A stretch of 64,000 nt of DNA from NCBI GenBank assembly GCA_965223295.1, contig CBDCWC010000002.1, forward strand, positions 288,001-352,000, read 5' to 3'. The number at the start of each line of letters is the position of its first letter. The stretch's first letter is position 1. A program made the translations under genes and the position numbers. The DNA comes from Nitrospirales bacterium. GTDB taxonomy: Bacteria > Nitrospirota > Nitrospiria > Nitrospirales > UBA8639. This document shows, in pieces, positions 19,901 through 29,360 of this stretch. The notes under the pieces are model-generated. The model ran no database searches. It was not told where the DNA came from and was given only the letters and a program-made list of their open reading frames with translations.

Positions 19901-21887
19901 GGCGGTGGGAACGATTATCATTGAGCCCTTCGGATCAACATGGCATAACGCAAAAACCGGGGAACGTATTCGCACCGGTCCAATTGCTGATATTCACAAT
20001 ACTGAGCGGATTGGTCATGATGTTGGCGGCAGCTTCCGTGAATATATGCTGCACATTCAAGATACGGTTCCGCATACGGTCAATGTCGTGACTGCCGGGA
20101 ATCCTCCTGGGCAGCCGGTAGAAGTAGCGTTGGAGGCTGGAAGAACGGTGGCCTTCATTATGCCTGCGACTGAATTGATCAAAATGACGCCTATGCCATT
20201 CCTCAATGGAGGAACGCACACGACAGGAGGGACGTTTAACTGGAGGGCTGAGCCGTTTGCCCAACGGTTGGCGAACAATCCGGATACCTCGCAACTCTTT
20301 AGCAGTGCGGCGCATGGTGATCCATTTACGCCGATGCTTCGTGCATATGTGGGAGATACGATGGTGCTTCGGATGTTGGATGTGACCATGAATGAAAGTA
20401 ATGTTATGACGCTCGCAGGGCATACGTTCTTGTCAGAGCGGTATGCTGAAGATGCCAATCGGAAAAACTCGTTGCATATTGGTATCGCAGAGCGGTATGA
20501 CTTGGTTCTGCCAGATGCCGGCGGACCACGGCGGCAATCTGGAGACTACATGCTCTTCAACGGAAGATTTTCAAAATTTTCTGAAGGGTCGTGGGGAATT
20601 ATTCGAGTGCTCGACAAGCCTGTTGACGATCTCCAACCCTTGCCAAATCAGGCAACGGGTAGTGAGGGGATTCCCGAGGCACTGCCTGTGTGCCCGGATG
20701 ATGCTCCAGTGAAAAAATTCAATGTGGTCGCCATTGACTATCCGCAAATGGACTTTAATCCGAATGTGCCCGAAGCCATTGAAGTGGACTTTGAGCGAAA
20801 GATTGAGGTCAAAAATCCTGACGCCAAGATTTATGTCTTGGAAGAAGATTTGACGCGGGTAGCCGGTGAGCAACCGATGCCGCTGACGCTGCGGGTTAAC
20901 GTGGGCGATTGTATGAAAGTGAAGCTCACGAATAAGATGAAGGAAAGTCGGGCATCGTTCTCTGCCATGGGTATGGCCTTTGATCCAAAGGATTCTTTGG
21001 GGGTGAACCTCGGAAACAATCCTGGAGATCAAACTGTGGCCCCAGGCGAGAGTCGGACCTACACCTACTATGCCGATCCCTTCAACGGGGAAATGCAAAT
21101 GGTGGTGTGGGATTTCGGAAATGTCGCGATGAACGTCAGAAATGGGTTGTTCGGAGGAGTGATCATTGGTCCGGAAGGGTCACAGTATCGAGATCCTAAA
21201 ACCGGAGCGGACATTTCTCTGAAAAATAGCTGGGTCGCTGACGTGATCGTGGACCGGACGATCCCGGGCCAAGAAAATCGCGCCAATTACCGTGATGCGG
21301 CCTTGTATTTCCAAGACGAGGACAACATCATGGGGACCGCCTTCATGCCCTATGTGCAGAATGTGGCAGGTCTCACGGGCGTGAACTATCGGACGGAACC
21401 TTATCCGTACCGAGAAGAAGCCGGATGTTCGTTGGGCCGGATGTTCCAGCCTTGTGAGGTAGATAATCCAAAAGATCCAGTCACGCCCACCATTATGGCC
21501 CATTCAGGTGATGCGGTCCGGATCCATGTCTTTGGCGCGGCGAGTGAACAGAATGGGATGTTCACCATTGAAGACCATGAATGGCCGATTGAGCCATTTA
21601 TGGAAGGCGCTGACATGATTAGCACGGTAGAATTTGCCAGTTCTGAAGGGTTAGATGTGTTCCTGTCCTCAGCTGGTGGTCGTAATGCCAATAGTGGTGA
21701 TTATGTTTGGTCCAATGGGCGGCTGAATTATGCCCAGTCAGGCCAATGGGGTTACTTCCGAGTATTGCCTCCAAATGATCAAAGGATTCAATCACTCCGA
21801 GGAACCGCATCGGCCGGAAGTAAATCAGCTGAATTGGATCAGGATCAAGCTGAGCCCATTAAGCCTACCCCCACGTCTTTTAAATAA
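16998..21887 (+). CDS. large exported multicopper oxidase, MnxG-like (paralog 2)
   Basis: Collinear with paralog 1 with the same Cu motifs. Start moved to ATG 16998 (AAGGAGG RBS; matches the paralog 1 start). Confidence 0.88.
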   Translation: MYHGKRAVFTVSAFLALVGGATLWGAPSFVSAEDASSQHVHPVGMTSQSAEWAEKLKGQTVVENSVEGRAERAAKVELQHQRLMDQMQKEMDHKGADTGTFNGMSMMHQYGGGKGNGLLMSDPDVQPVSNKGGRCPAGAPVKEYDVSAINVEITLNAWLDYYPGYMYVLTENLDKVRAEEAKNAAARETPGHSDPGGIIAGVQNQWIQPLVIRGNQGDCVKIALRNQLEFGEEVSLHIHGSDMVMSDTGKPALTTNPASVAGEGQTVNMEWYIHPDTQEGGRQFHTNGSNDRELTVMGLAGAFIVEPRGSKYWEPLGTGPATVAKSGWQVMIENGTGPAFREFVVIYHEIGDEAFRPVNKHGDFLPQRDPLTDAYRPGARALNYRSEPFGINNMHIQHEYFGFEDESMAYSSYTFADASPTIPRSYLGDPAKFRIIHGGSEVFHSHHPHGGSIRWQRSPRATQMPVWSTGQNGPQKYPVIRTKSDRVDVELIGPAEALDMETECGSGLCQWLAGDFLYHCHVAHHYVAGMWGYWRVYNTLQVPGFQNDVMPPVRELPDRIGRITKPVTSDKLVGKTVNWFGDLFKIVASGKSDWKSDPPVVTIKDWVEMQLANQGKPGNTDDEKGQLVAYDATVMDWVWDGNTAMSEKEATLGKNPKYQPEWQGYKPGERRPIWFEPKTGKVAWPWLTPHFGKRVPFSKDHNGAPWLEPIKHAEDGTPSVYPAQPGENGRWSLCPERAGRQEYNVHFIETEITLADAQGSEPAIVDKHGLIYVVHEEEEAVRANNDLKYPLILRANIYDCVDWLLTSEWTDDDLTNFQSSKINTHFHFIQFDNQASDGVISGFSYEQSMRPFHQFKKEKKKGLPVPMNAKLTKAAKAGDKTIHISNAKQYHVGIPIMVGVDQVGKWEIVRIAKIDGKTLTFTHPLKHDHAVGEIATVEYVWQRFWADADVGTTFWHDHAFGGTTWPHGAVGTIIIEPFGSTWHNAKTGERIRTGPIADIHNTERIGHDVGGSFREYMLHIQDTVPHTVNVVTAGNPPGQPVEVALEAGRTVAFIMPATELIKMTPMPFLNGGTHTTGGTFNWRAEPFAQRLANNPDTSQLFSSAAHGDPFTPMLRAYVGDTMVLRMLDVTMNESNVMTLAGHTFLSERYAEDANRKNSLHIGIAERYDLVLPDAGGPRRQSGDYMLFNGRFSKFSEGSWGIIRVLDKPVDDLQPLPNQATGSEGIPEALPVCPDDAPVKKFNVVAIDYPQMDFNPNVPEAIEVDFERKIEVKNPDAKIYVLEEDLTRVAGEQPMPLTLRVNVGDCMKVKLTNKMKESRASFSAMGMAFDPKDSLGVNLGNNPGDQTVAPGESRTYTYYADPFNGEMQMVVWDFGNVAMNVRNGLFGGVIIGPEGSQYRDPKTGADISLKNSWVADVIVDRTIPGQENRANYRDAALYFQDEDNIMGTAFMPYVQNVAGLTGVNYRTEPYPYREEAGCSLGRMFQPCEVDNPKDPVTPTIMAHSGDAVRIHVFGAASEQNGMFTIEDHEWPIEPFMEGADMISTVEFASSEGLDVFLSSAGGRNANSGDYVWSNGRLNYAQSGQWGYFRVLPPNDQRIQSLRGTASAGSKSAELDQDQAEPIKPTPTSFK

Positions 21888-21921
21888 CCGAAAGCGGTTA
21901 GAGAAACGCGGGGAGGTTCTG

Positions 21922-21958
21922 AACGGGGGAGTCCTCAATGGGCTCCCCCGTTTTTTTT
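21922..21958 (+). terminator. intrinsic terminator
   Basis: AACGGGGGAGTCC / GGGCTCCCCCGTT stem followed by a T run. Confidence 0.9.
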
Positions 21959-21976
21959 GATGACGATGGAATAATT

Positions 21977-22179
21977 GAGAGTATTGAATAATACAAAACT
22001 AATACAAAACATAAAAGGCAAATTTGCTCATGATCACGTCGGGTAGCAAAAGTTTCGGAGGCGGTTCAAAAAAGTTCATCCGGCAAGGCCGCAGCCATTT
22101 TTGCGCGTAGAGCGTACTGGTCCTACGTGAGCACGGAACAATGGCGAGAACGCCGCTGGTGACTTTTTTCAACAGCCCC
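21977..22179 (+). mobile_element. MITE family A, long form
   Basis: TIRs GAGAGTATTGAA / TTCAACAGCCCC; perfect TAATT TSD at 21972-21976 and 22180-22184; internal 11-bp tandem duplication TAATACAAAAC. Confidence 0.85.
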
Positions 22180-22273
22180 TAATTTTACTTTGGGCAATTC
22201 AGGAGAGGATTTGTGTATAATCAACTGAGATGAGATTGCGCAATGCCCATTGTCTCCGAAAAGTGGGACAGGT

Positions 22274-23134
22274 ATGAGTGGAACGATGATGACTTCTTTA
22301 GGAACGATGATGACTTCTTTACTGAAAACACATTTATGTATGCCTTTCATGTTGAGCTGTTGTTTGGCTTTGGGAGCAGGAATGATTGGCTGTCAGAATG
22401 TCGAAGCTAATTATCAGGAGGGTGTTACAGCGCTGGAAGCCGGCGAATATGAAAAGGCCTTGAAGCAATTTCGTTCGGCTGCCGAGGCTGGGCATGCGGG
22501 AGCTCAGGCTGCTCTTGGAGAACTCTATGTGAGTGGAAAGGGAACTGATCGTAATGCGTTGGAAGCCGCGAAGTGGTACCGACTGGCTGCTGAGCAGGGT
22601 CATGTGGATGCACAAGTGACGTTGGGATGGATGTTCAATGCAGGCACTGGGGTTCCTCAGGACTTTACCGAAGCCATTAAGTGGTTTCAATTAGCTGCAG
22701 AGCAAGGACATCCAGGTGCGCAAAACAATTTGGGGGTTCTATATCGTCAAGGGCGAGGAGACCAAAATGATGTGAAAAAGGCTGTGGGCTGGTTCCAAAA
22801 AGCCGCAAACCAGGAGATGGCTCCAGCCCAATATGCACTCGGGCAAATGTATTTGAATGGTGAAGGTGTTGAGCAAAGTGTGGTGAAGGCTGTTAAGTGG
22901 TATACGCGAGCAGCGGCACAGGGTCTTTTAGAGGCTCAGGCTGACTTAGGGTATTTATATGCTTCACGGGAAGATAAAGTCCCACAAGATTTTCTCATTG
23001 CCTATAAATGGCTAACATTGGCGGCCCAAAAAGGGGACAGGATCGCTAAAAAAGATCTGGAAAAGTTGGAGCTCACGATGACCCCTGACCAAATCAAGAA
23101 AGCGAAAGAGCTTGTTAGGAAAGAGGCTGGCTGA
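22274..23134 (+). CDS. Sel1-like repeat protein, probable lipoprotein
   Basis: Multiple AxxWYxxAAEQG..AQxxLG repeats; hydrophobic segment ending GMIGC. Start uncertain. Confidence 0.9.
   Translation: MSGTMMTSLGTMMTSLLKTHLCMPFMLSCCLALGAGMIGCQNVEANYQEGVTALEAGEYEKALKQFRSAAEAGHAGAQAALGELYVSGKGTDRNALEAAKWYRLAAEQGHVDAQVTLGWMFNAGTGVPQDFTEAIKWFQLAAEQGHPGAQNNLGVLYRQGRGDQNDVKKAVGWFQKAANQEMAPAQYALGQMYLNGEGVEQSVVKAVKWYTRAAAQGLLEAQADLGYLYASREDKVPQDFLIAYKWLTLAAQKGDRIAKKDLEKLELTMTPDQIKKAKELVRKEAG
22280..22321 (+). repeat. exact 21-bp tandem duplication
   Basis: GGAACGATGATGACTTCTTTA x2. Confidence 0.95.
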
Positions 23135-23204
23135 TGAAGACGATGTTTTTATCATATAAAGTGGATAACCCCCTAGATAAGGTCATTGATATGTGGAGGA
23201 ACTC

Positions 23205-24125
23205 ATGAATTGGAAATTATCTGTTATAGGAGTCATTGGGATAGGGTTCGGACTATTCCTAGAGGCACCAGTTTGGTCCTACGAGGAAATCAAAGTTACA
23301 AATGGAGGAACAATCCAGGGTGCGGTGACCATCGAAGGGGGGAAGCCGAGGCCCATGGCCTTCAATTTGGTGACGATTCCAGACCCGGTGTTTTGTGGAA
23401 CCATTTCTACAGGGACAGGATGGCGTCTTGTGGATGATTTTATCATTGGGCCCAAGGGAGAATTAAAGGATGTCGTGGTCATGCTCAAGGGCGTGACCAA
23501 AGGCAAACCATTTTCATTGCCGAAGGTCAGGATTGAGTCAATCGATTGTGAGTTTCTTCCATTTGTGAACGTCATTAAGGATCGCGATGAAATTGAAGTT
23601 GTGAACATGGATCCAGTCGAACATGATATTCAAGGTTATGAAACGGCCAGAAAGCGTGGTGCCCGAGTTCTGTTTAATCGACCGTTACCCATGAATCCTT
23701 TTCTTGAGTATGCGGGGATGTTTGGGAAGAAATATATGGCGGGCGAACCCATGGTAGAACAAATTCACTTACGAAAAGGGCGGAATGTATTTGTGATGCA
23801 ATGTGGATTTCATCCCTATATGTTTTCCTGGGGATTAGTTGCCGAGAATCCGTATTTTTCTATCACCAAAGAAGATGGCAAGTTTATGATTAAGGATATA
23901 CCTCCAGGAGAATATGTATTGGCGGCCTGGCATCCAGGGGTCAATAAGTTTATAGAACAAACGGTGAACGTCAAAGCCAAGGGTATGACTTCGGCACAAT
24001 TTACCTTTCAGTCGCCGCAGGGTCGGCGGAGTGCTCATGAAATAGAAGACAACCCTCGGTTTGGGTTAGAGTTATTGGAAGAGGGACAGGAAATTGTTCC
24101 ATCGAAACGTCGGCAAATTCCGTAG
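23205..24125 (+). CDS. exported carboxypeptidase-regulatory-like domain protein with cupredoxin-type ligand loop
   Basis: Signal peptide, GTIQGAV, NMDPVEH, QCGFHPYM, GKFMIKDIPPGEY..AWH. Confidence 0.8.
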   Translation: MNWKLSVIGVIGIGFGLFLEAPVWSYEEIKVTNGGTIQGAVTIEGGKPRPMAFNLVTIPDPVFCGTISTGTGWRLVDDFIIGPKGELKDVVVMLKGVTKGKPFSLPKVRIESIDCEFLPFVNVIKDRDEIEVVNMDPVEHDIQGYETARKRGARVLFNRPLPMNPFLEYAGMFGKKYMAGEPMVEQIHLRKGRNVFVMQCGFHPYMFSWGLVAENPYFSITKEDGKFMIKDIPPGEYVLAAWHPGVNKFIEQTVNVKAKGMTSAQFTFQSPQGRRSAHEIEDNPRFGLELLEEGQEIVPSKRRQIP

Positions 24126-24256
24126 GGCGCTGTGGCGTGTGAGGGGGCTTGAGCACTATGGACAAAACTGAGGAACGAACCCAATATTCCTGAAGATCAT
24201 TCTGACCGGTTCGAAGTCTTTCCACGAGTTCTATAATGGCGAAAGGAGGGGCAGTT

Positions 24257-24877
24257 ATGAACACGAAATGTCGTGTGGTCGGATTACTCGTGAGTTTCGT
24301 TTTTGTATTTGGGTCTATGGGAGCAGCCTTCGCTGCTGATGAGGAGACGGTTGAAGTCAGCTTTTCACCTGAAGTTGTGGCTAATTATATTCATGCCGTT
24401 ATTGCAGCGGATCGCGGGTTGTATACCACTCATGTGGTGGACCGATTGCAGGAAGAGCGCGTAGTGGTGGCCGTTGAAGCGTGGAAGCAACGAAAGGCCC
24501 TTCCGCTCCCTGCACAAATGTTGCTCATGGCGGGACGTGTTGTCGAAATGGGTGGGTCTGGTCTTCTCTATCGCCTGGCAAGTCTCTGGCCTATTTATGA
24601 GGAAAATGGCCCAAGTAACGTCTTTGAAGAAGCAGGGTTGAAAGTGGTGGCTGAGGATCCTGATGAGGTTTATAGCGGCATTATCACGAGAGGGGACAAA
24701 CGATTTTTTAAGGCCATCTATGCAGATCGAGCGGTCTCTAAGGCCTGTGTAAATTGCCACAATGGACATATTTTGAGCGGCAAGCGAGACTTTAAGTTGG
24801 GGGATGTCATGGGGGGGATTATCATCTCGTTCCCTTTACCCATGGAAAAAAATGAATCCCCTGATTCGGCTGGTTAA
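24257..24877 (+). CDS. DUF3365/Tll0287-like heme c protein
   Basis: Signal peptide; ACVNCHN..FKLGDVMGGIII; AGGAGG RBS. Confidence 0.85.
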   Translation: MNTKCRVVGLLVSFVFVFGSMGAAFAADEETVEVSFSPEVVANYIHAVIAADRGLYTTHVVDRLQEERVVVAVEAWKQRKALPLPAQMLLMAGRVVEMGGSGLLYRLASLWPIYEENGPSNVFEEAGLKVVAEDPDEVYSGIITRGDKRFFKAIYADRAVSKACVNCHNGHILSGKRDFKLGDVMGGIIISFPLPMEKNESPDSAG

Positions 24878-24912
24878 TCTTAGGGGGCGTTGTTCTATTC
24901 GGTTAACTTTCA

Positions 24913-24993
24913 GGGTCTGTTGAAAAAGGCCGTTGACCGCCAAGGTTTTCCTGTGACATGTGGCCCTCGGTATCTTCATGTTTCAACGCTCCT
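24913..24993 (-). mobile_element. internally deleted MITE family A copy
   Basis: GGGTCTGTTGAAAAAG...TATCTTCATGTTTCAACGCTCCT; both ends match the long form but the core is absent. Confidence 0.6.
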
Positions 24994-25006
24994 CATGTAG
25001 AACTAT

Positions 25007-28000
25007 TCAAGAGAGAAGCTGTTTCGTGATAGCTCCCTGATCGTAAAATTGGCGAGGTTCAATCATTAACGCGTTTTTGTGACTTTCAGACACATTCCAT
25101 ATTGGTTGAAATCGTTGCACCAAAAGGCTAATGGAATGTGTGTCTCGTTGCAAAATGCCTCCGATAATTAATAAACAATTATCGGAAAAAATCTCATTTT
25201 GTTGTTTATTGGCAAACACATGATGTGGAATGGCCAAATCCAGAAAACCAAACTCATCTTCTAATGTGCCGAATGTCATGCCCTTGGCTGTTTGTGGCCG
25301 CTGTCTGACCAGTAGTAATCCACAGACTGTAATCATTTGTCCATTTTCTGTTTGACGGGCCATTTGGGTTGATAGATAGGGCAAGATTAGAGCCTTTCTG
25401 AGTCCTTCCATCGGATGTCCATGGAGTGAAAGATGGAATGTGTTGTAATCTTCTGTGATCGTTTCGTGTTGACTGAGTTTGTGGAAAACAGGACGATCAA
25501 TACGACTCAATGGGAGAGGTGAAAATATATTGGGTTGTTGCGATTGATAGTTCAGTTGATATTCTAGGATTTGCCATAGACTATGGCGTTGATCGAGCCC
25601 GAAACATGAAAATACATTTCCCATTGCTAAACGATGGATGATATTGTTGCGTAATGTGACTCGGCGAAGAAAATCGTGCAAGTCATGAAATGGTCTTTGA
25701 TTGATGAGCTGTTGCGCTTGCCGTTTCTCTAATCCTTTGACCACGCGCCATCCCAAACGTACGGCGTTGTTTTCTAGGGTACAGTCCCACTGTGATTGAT
25801 TAGGGTGAACGGGTAAAATTTGTACGCCATGGCGTTTAGCATCGTCAATGAGCGTGTGGACAGCATAGAATCCCAGAGGCTGGGAGTTAATGAGCGCGCA
25901 CAAAAAGATAGCTGGATAATGACATTTCACATATGCCGAGGCGTAGGCTAACAGCGCAAAACTTGCTGAGTGGCTTTCAGGAAATCCATATTGCGCAAAG
26001 CCTTTGATCTGTTGAAAGACACGTTCAGCAAAGGTTTGGGGAAGTCCGTTTCGTTGTAAGCCAGCCATTAAACGTGCGCCAGTTTTTTCAATAGAGCCTT
26101 CCGAACGCCATGCCGCAATCGCGCGGCGCAACTCATCAGCTTCTCCCGGTGTAAAGTCTGCCAGCTCAATAGCCATTTTCATGACTTGTTCTTGAAACAG
26201 CGGAATGCCGAGGGTTTTGCCTAAAATAGTCCTGAGCTTTGGATGAGGATAGTCGACTTCCTCTATCTTGCGGCGTCGTTTCAAATACGGGTGAACCATT
26301 TTTCCTTGGATTGGGCCTGGACGAACGATAGCAATTTGAATGACGAGGTCATAAAAATTTTTTGGCAAGAGCCGGCCCAGCATTGAGATTTGGGCGCGGC
26401 TTTCAATTTGAAAGGTTCCAACGGTGTCAGCATGTTGAATCATGCGAAATGTCTTCGGGTCATTGGCAGGAATTTCGTGGAGCTGCATGCCAATCGCATC
26501 CAGACTCTTTCGAAGGGTAGAAAGCATTCCCAGGGAAAGGATATCGATTTTCAAAAGCCCCAGATAGTCCAAGTCATACTTATCCCATTGAATGATCGTT
26601 CGTCCTTCCATGCGAGCGGGTTCAACAGGCACGATGTCAATGATTGGATCAGCCGATAGGGTAAAGCCTCCACTATGAATAGAAAGATGACGAGGAAATC
26701 CTTTCATCTCTTCGGTGAGTTCTTCGACCTGTTGTTGGCAATGTGGAATGTTCGTCTTGGCTGCTAACGAATCAAAGTTCTTCTCTATGTTTTTTGCTGA
26801 TTGATTGCCAATGTTCAAGCCTAGGCTTTTACTGACTTCACGAAAGGCCTGACGACGACGATAGGTCACAACCGCGCTGATCATGGCGGCACGATCTCGG
26901 CCATACTTGTCATAGATATAATGGATTACTTCTTCCCGCCGTTCATGTTCAAAGTCCACATCGATATCAGGCGGCTCTCCACGTTCGGCCGAAATAAAAC
27001 GTTCAAATAGAAGATTCATCTGAACAGGATCAATGGCCGTAATGCCTAGGCAATAACACATCACACTGTTTGCAGCGGAGCCTCGCCCTTGGCAGAGGAT
27101 CTTTTGCTTTCTCGCAAATTGTACGATGTCATAAATTGTTAAAAAGTAATCGGCAAAGCCTAAGTTTTTTGTGAGCATGAGTTCATGCCGAATTTGCCGT
27201 GCGACCTCTTTTGGAATCTTTCCATGATAGCGTATACGGGCTCCTTGCCATGTTTCATGTTCTAAATAGCTTTGTGCGGTATGATTTTGTGGAATCCATT
27301 CTGAAGGGTAGCGATAGCGCAGCTCACTGGGACAAAAGGTACAACGTTCAGCAATCTCTAGAGTATTAGAAAGAGCTTCTGGTATATCAGCAAACAATTG
27401 CTGCATCAGTTGAGGTGACTTGAGGTAGTGCTCGTTGTTAGAGAACAATCTGAATCCACTAGATTGCACAGATTGCCCATGTCGAATGGCCGTGAGAACA
27501 TCATGCAACTTTTGGCGTTCAGACACGTGATAATGCACGTCATTAGAGGCCGCAATTTTGCTGCCCCACCTCTGAGCGAGTTTCCGTGCCGTGTTGAGAC
27601 GTTGTTGGTCATGGCCGTCTTTGAAACGAGATACAGGAATGTACAAACGATCGTCAAAGAGTGTTTTGAGGAGAGGAAACGGGGCCTGTTCATGGGGTAG
27701 GGCAAGCAGGCCGTCATGGCCAGGTCGTGTCATAAAGTGTTGCAATTCGTCAATCGTAAGCGAGGCTTTTCCTTTAGGCTTATCTTGATGGCTGGTCGTA
27801 ATCATTCGGCATAAAAGGCTATAGGCTTGGCGATCTTGTGCGAGGAGTGTAAGGCGGGGATGTTGGGAAAGTGCTAGCGAGGTACCAACAATTAACTTAA
27901 GTGCTGGATAGTGTTTGGCAGCCCAATAGGCTTTGGGAATCGCATAGACACCATCATGATCCGTAATGGCGATAGCTGATAGTCCAAGTTCGGCGGCGCG

Positions 28001-28078
28001 GTGAATCAGTTCTTCAGGGTGAGAGGCTCCAGTCAAAAATGAAAAATTGGTCTTGCATTGCAATTCGGCATACATCAA
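25007..28078 (-). CDS. dnaE2: error-prone DNA polymerase DnaE2 (ImuC)
   Basis: YAELQCKTNFSFL, QGRGSAANS, EPPDIDVDFEHERREE, PRHLSIHSGG, YGFPESH; downstream of imuB. Confidence 0.95.
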   Translation of the reverse strand: MMYAELQCKTNFSFLTGASHPEELIHRAAELGLSAIAITDHDGVYAIPKAYWAAKHYPALKLIVGTSLALSQHPRLTLLAQDRQAYSLLCRMITTSHQDKPKGKASLTIDELQHFMTRPGHDGLLALPHEQAPFPLLKTLFDDRLYIPVSRFKDGHDQQRLNTARKLAQRWGSKIAASNDVHYHVSERQKLHDVLTAIRHGQSVQSSGFRLFSNNEHYLKSPQLMQQLFADIPEALSNTLEIAERCTFCPSELRYRYPSEWIPQNHTAQSYLEHETWQGARIRYHGKIPKEVARQIRHELMLTKNLGFADYFLTIYDIVQFARKQKILCQGRGSAANSVMCYCLGITAIDPVQMNLLFERFISAERGEPPDIDVDFEHERREEVIHYIYDKYGRDRAAMISAVVTYRRRQAFREVSKSLGLNIGNQSAKNIEKNFDSLAAKTNIPHCQQQVEELTEEMKGFPRHLSIHSGGFTLSADPIIDIVPVEPARMEGRTIIQWDKYDLDYLGLLKIDILSLGMLSTLRKSLDAIGMQLHEIPANDPKTFRMIQHADTVGTFQIESRAQISMLGRLLPKNFYDLVIQIAIVRPGPIQGKMVHPYLKRRRKIEEVDYPHPKLRTILGKTLGIPLFQEQVMKMAIELADFTPGEADELRRAIAAWRSEGSIEKTGARLMAGLQRNGLPQTFAERVFQQIKGFAQYGFPESHSASFALLAYASAYVKCHYPAIFLCALINSQPLGFYAVHTLIDDAKRHGVQILPVHPNQSQWDCTLENNAVRLGWRVVKGLEKRQAQQLINQRPFHDLHDFLRRVTLRNNIIHRLAMGNVFSCFGLDQRHSLWQILEYQLNYQSQQPNIFSPLPLSRIDRPVFHKLSQHETITEDYNTFHLSLHGHPMEGLRKALILPYLSTQMARQTENGQMITVCGLLLVRQRPQTAKGMTFGTLEDEFGFLDLAIPHHVFANKQQNEIFSDNCLLIIGGILQRDTHSISLLVQRFQPIWNVSESHKNALMIEPRQFYDQGAITKQLLS

Positions 28079-28092
28079 TTCCAGATACCTTG

Positions 28093-29358
28093 TTAATCAA
28101 AATATCCATGAAGATAATAATCATTCGAACCGGGAATCTGAAAAATCCATAATCGTTCCCCAGTATGCGTGTGTATCGTGTAATAGTTTCTGTCAAAGGA
28201 GTGATCCCACCATTCTCCGCAGAGGTGCTCGGGCCCATCGGTCTCGATGATGTTCCATTGTGTTGTTCTACAGACGATAGATGAATAGCTCTTCTTTATG
28301 TGTTCGGGGTGCCTGAGGAGCCGGAGAGGGCGTTTCGGAAACGGAAGGCTCACGGTTGATGGGAGCTCCATAGTTTTTTGCCATGCCCGTTCTGGACAAT
28401 AATGTTCAATCGGAGAGGCCAGAAAAGATGTCCCCTTTCCCACTCGTTCTGTAATTCGTGCAATGAGTGATGTCCAGGCCTCGTGCTCGTCTTCTTGGCG
28501 ACTGAACAGGTTCGTCTGTGACCCATGCCATGGTGAGGTTTCTAGGGCTTGTAGCGAGAGAAAGATCACAGGTGACTTTAAGGGTTCTGTGTTGAGTGTT
28601 CGATGCAACCGCTCGCGCATGATAGCCAGAATGGTTTGAGGATTCGATTGAGGTAATGGGAAATCAATAATCCATCTGCGCATCGGTTCTCGAATTGTCG
28701 AATACGGTTCTTGTTTGATCACAAATTCTAGTGTTCCCATTCGTTCAGCTCGTCCGCGTAGCCGGACCGTCAATCGATTAAGCAACCTCTTAAGCATAAA
28801 CAAGAGCGGTTCTAGGTTTTGAATCGCGTAGCTTTCATCAATATCAATGGCTTCCACAATGTGCTCTTGTTTCGTAAAGAGCGGCCAAAGAAGGGACGTC
28901 GCATCGTTGGCGCGTTGAGCAATGAATAAGCCGAGTGTGCCAAATCTGGAGCCCCAAGTTGATGCTGGAAATTTGAGGAAATCTTCAATCGTACAAATTC
29001 CGAGTTGCTTGAGCGCAACGAGCATGTTGTCTGCGGTAGTACCTGAATAAAATGGGTCCCAATAATCCGTGATGGCATCAATTGGCAGCCTCAACTTTGT
29101 TGTACATTGATAGCGAGCGAGAGCCAAAGCTGTTGGGAGATCTTCACCGATAGCAAGGCTGGCTTGGACTTCAAAGGATGCCAGCATCTCTTGCAAGCCA
29201 GCTAGTACGACCTCCTCTGTATAAAGATGGCGAGATTTACCAATTCCTAAAAAAACCGCTTCATGACTCACAGCAATTTGTGGTGTCCAGTGTAGGCAGG
29301 CTTCAGCAAGAGCTGAAAGGGGAGACGGTGAGTCAAAGAGTAAGCACAGGACTTTCAT
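28093..29358 (-). CDS. imuB: ImuB, inactive Y-family polymerase homologue
   Basis: C-terminal RPLRLL, GPEHLCGEWW, RNYY, LHGYFD; operon position. Confidence 0.88.
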   Translation of the reverse strand: MKVLCLLFDSPSPLSALAEACLHWTPQIAVSHEAVFLGIGKSRHLYTEEVVLAGLQEMLASFEVQASLAIGEDLPTALALARYQCTTKLRLPIDAITDYWDPFYSGTTADNMLVALKQLGICTIEDFLKFPASTWGSRFGTLGLFIAQRANDATSLLWPLFTKQEHIVEAIDIDESYAIQNLEPLLFMLKRLLNRLTVRLRGRAERMGTLEFVIKQEPYSTIREPMRRWIIDFPLPQSNPQTILAIMRERLHRTLNTEPLKSPVIFLSLQALETSPWHGSQTNLFSRQEDEHEAWTSLIARITERVGKGTSFLASPIEHYCPERAWQKTMELPSTVSLPFPKRPLRLLRHPEHIKKSYSSIVCRTTQWNIIETDGPEHLCGEWWDHSFDRNYYTIHTHTGERLWIFQIPGSNDYYLHGYFD

Positions 29359-29360
29359 GG

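Noticed and set aside
11657-21810. Numerous antisense and out-of-frame ORFs within the oxidase genes
   Set aside because: Codon-bias shadows with no recognisable motifs.
16272-22179. Composite transposon of inverted MITEs around oxidase paralog 2
   Set aside because: The right element has its own TSD on both sides and the outer flanks (AAACA, TAATT) differ, indicating independent insertions.
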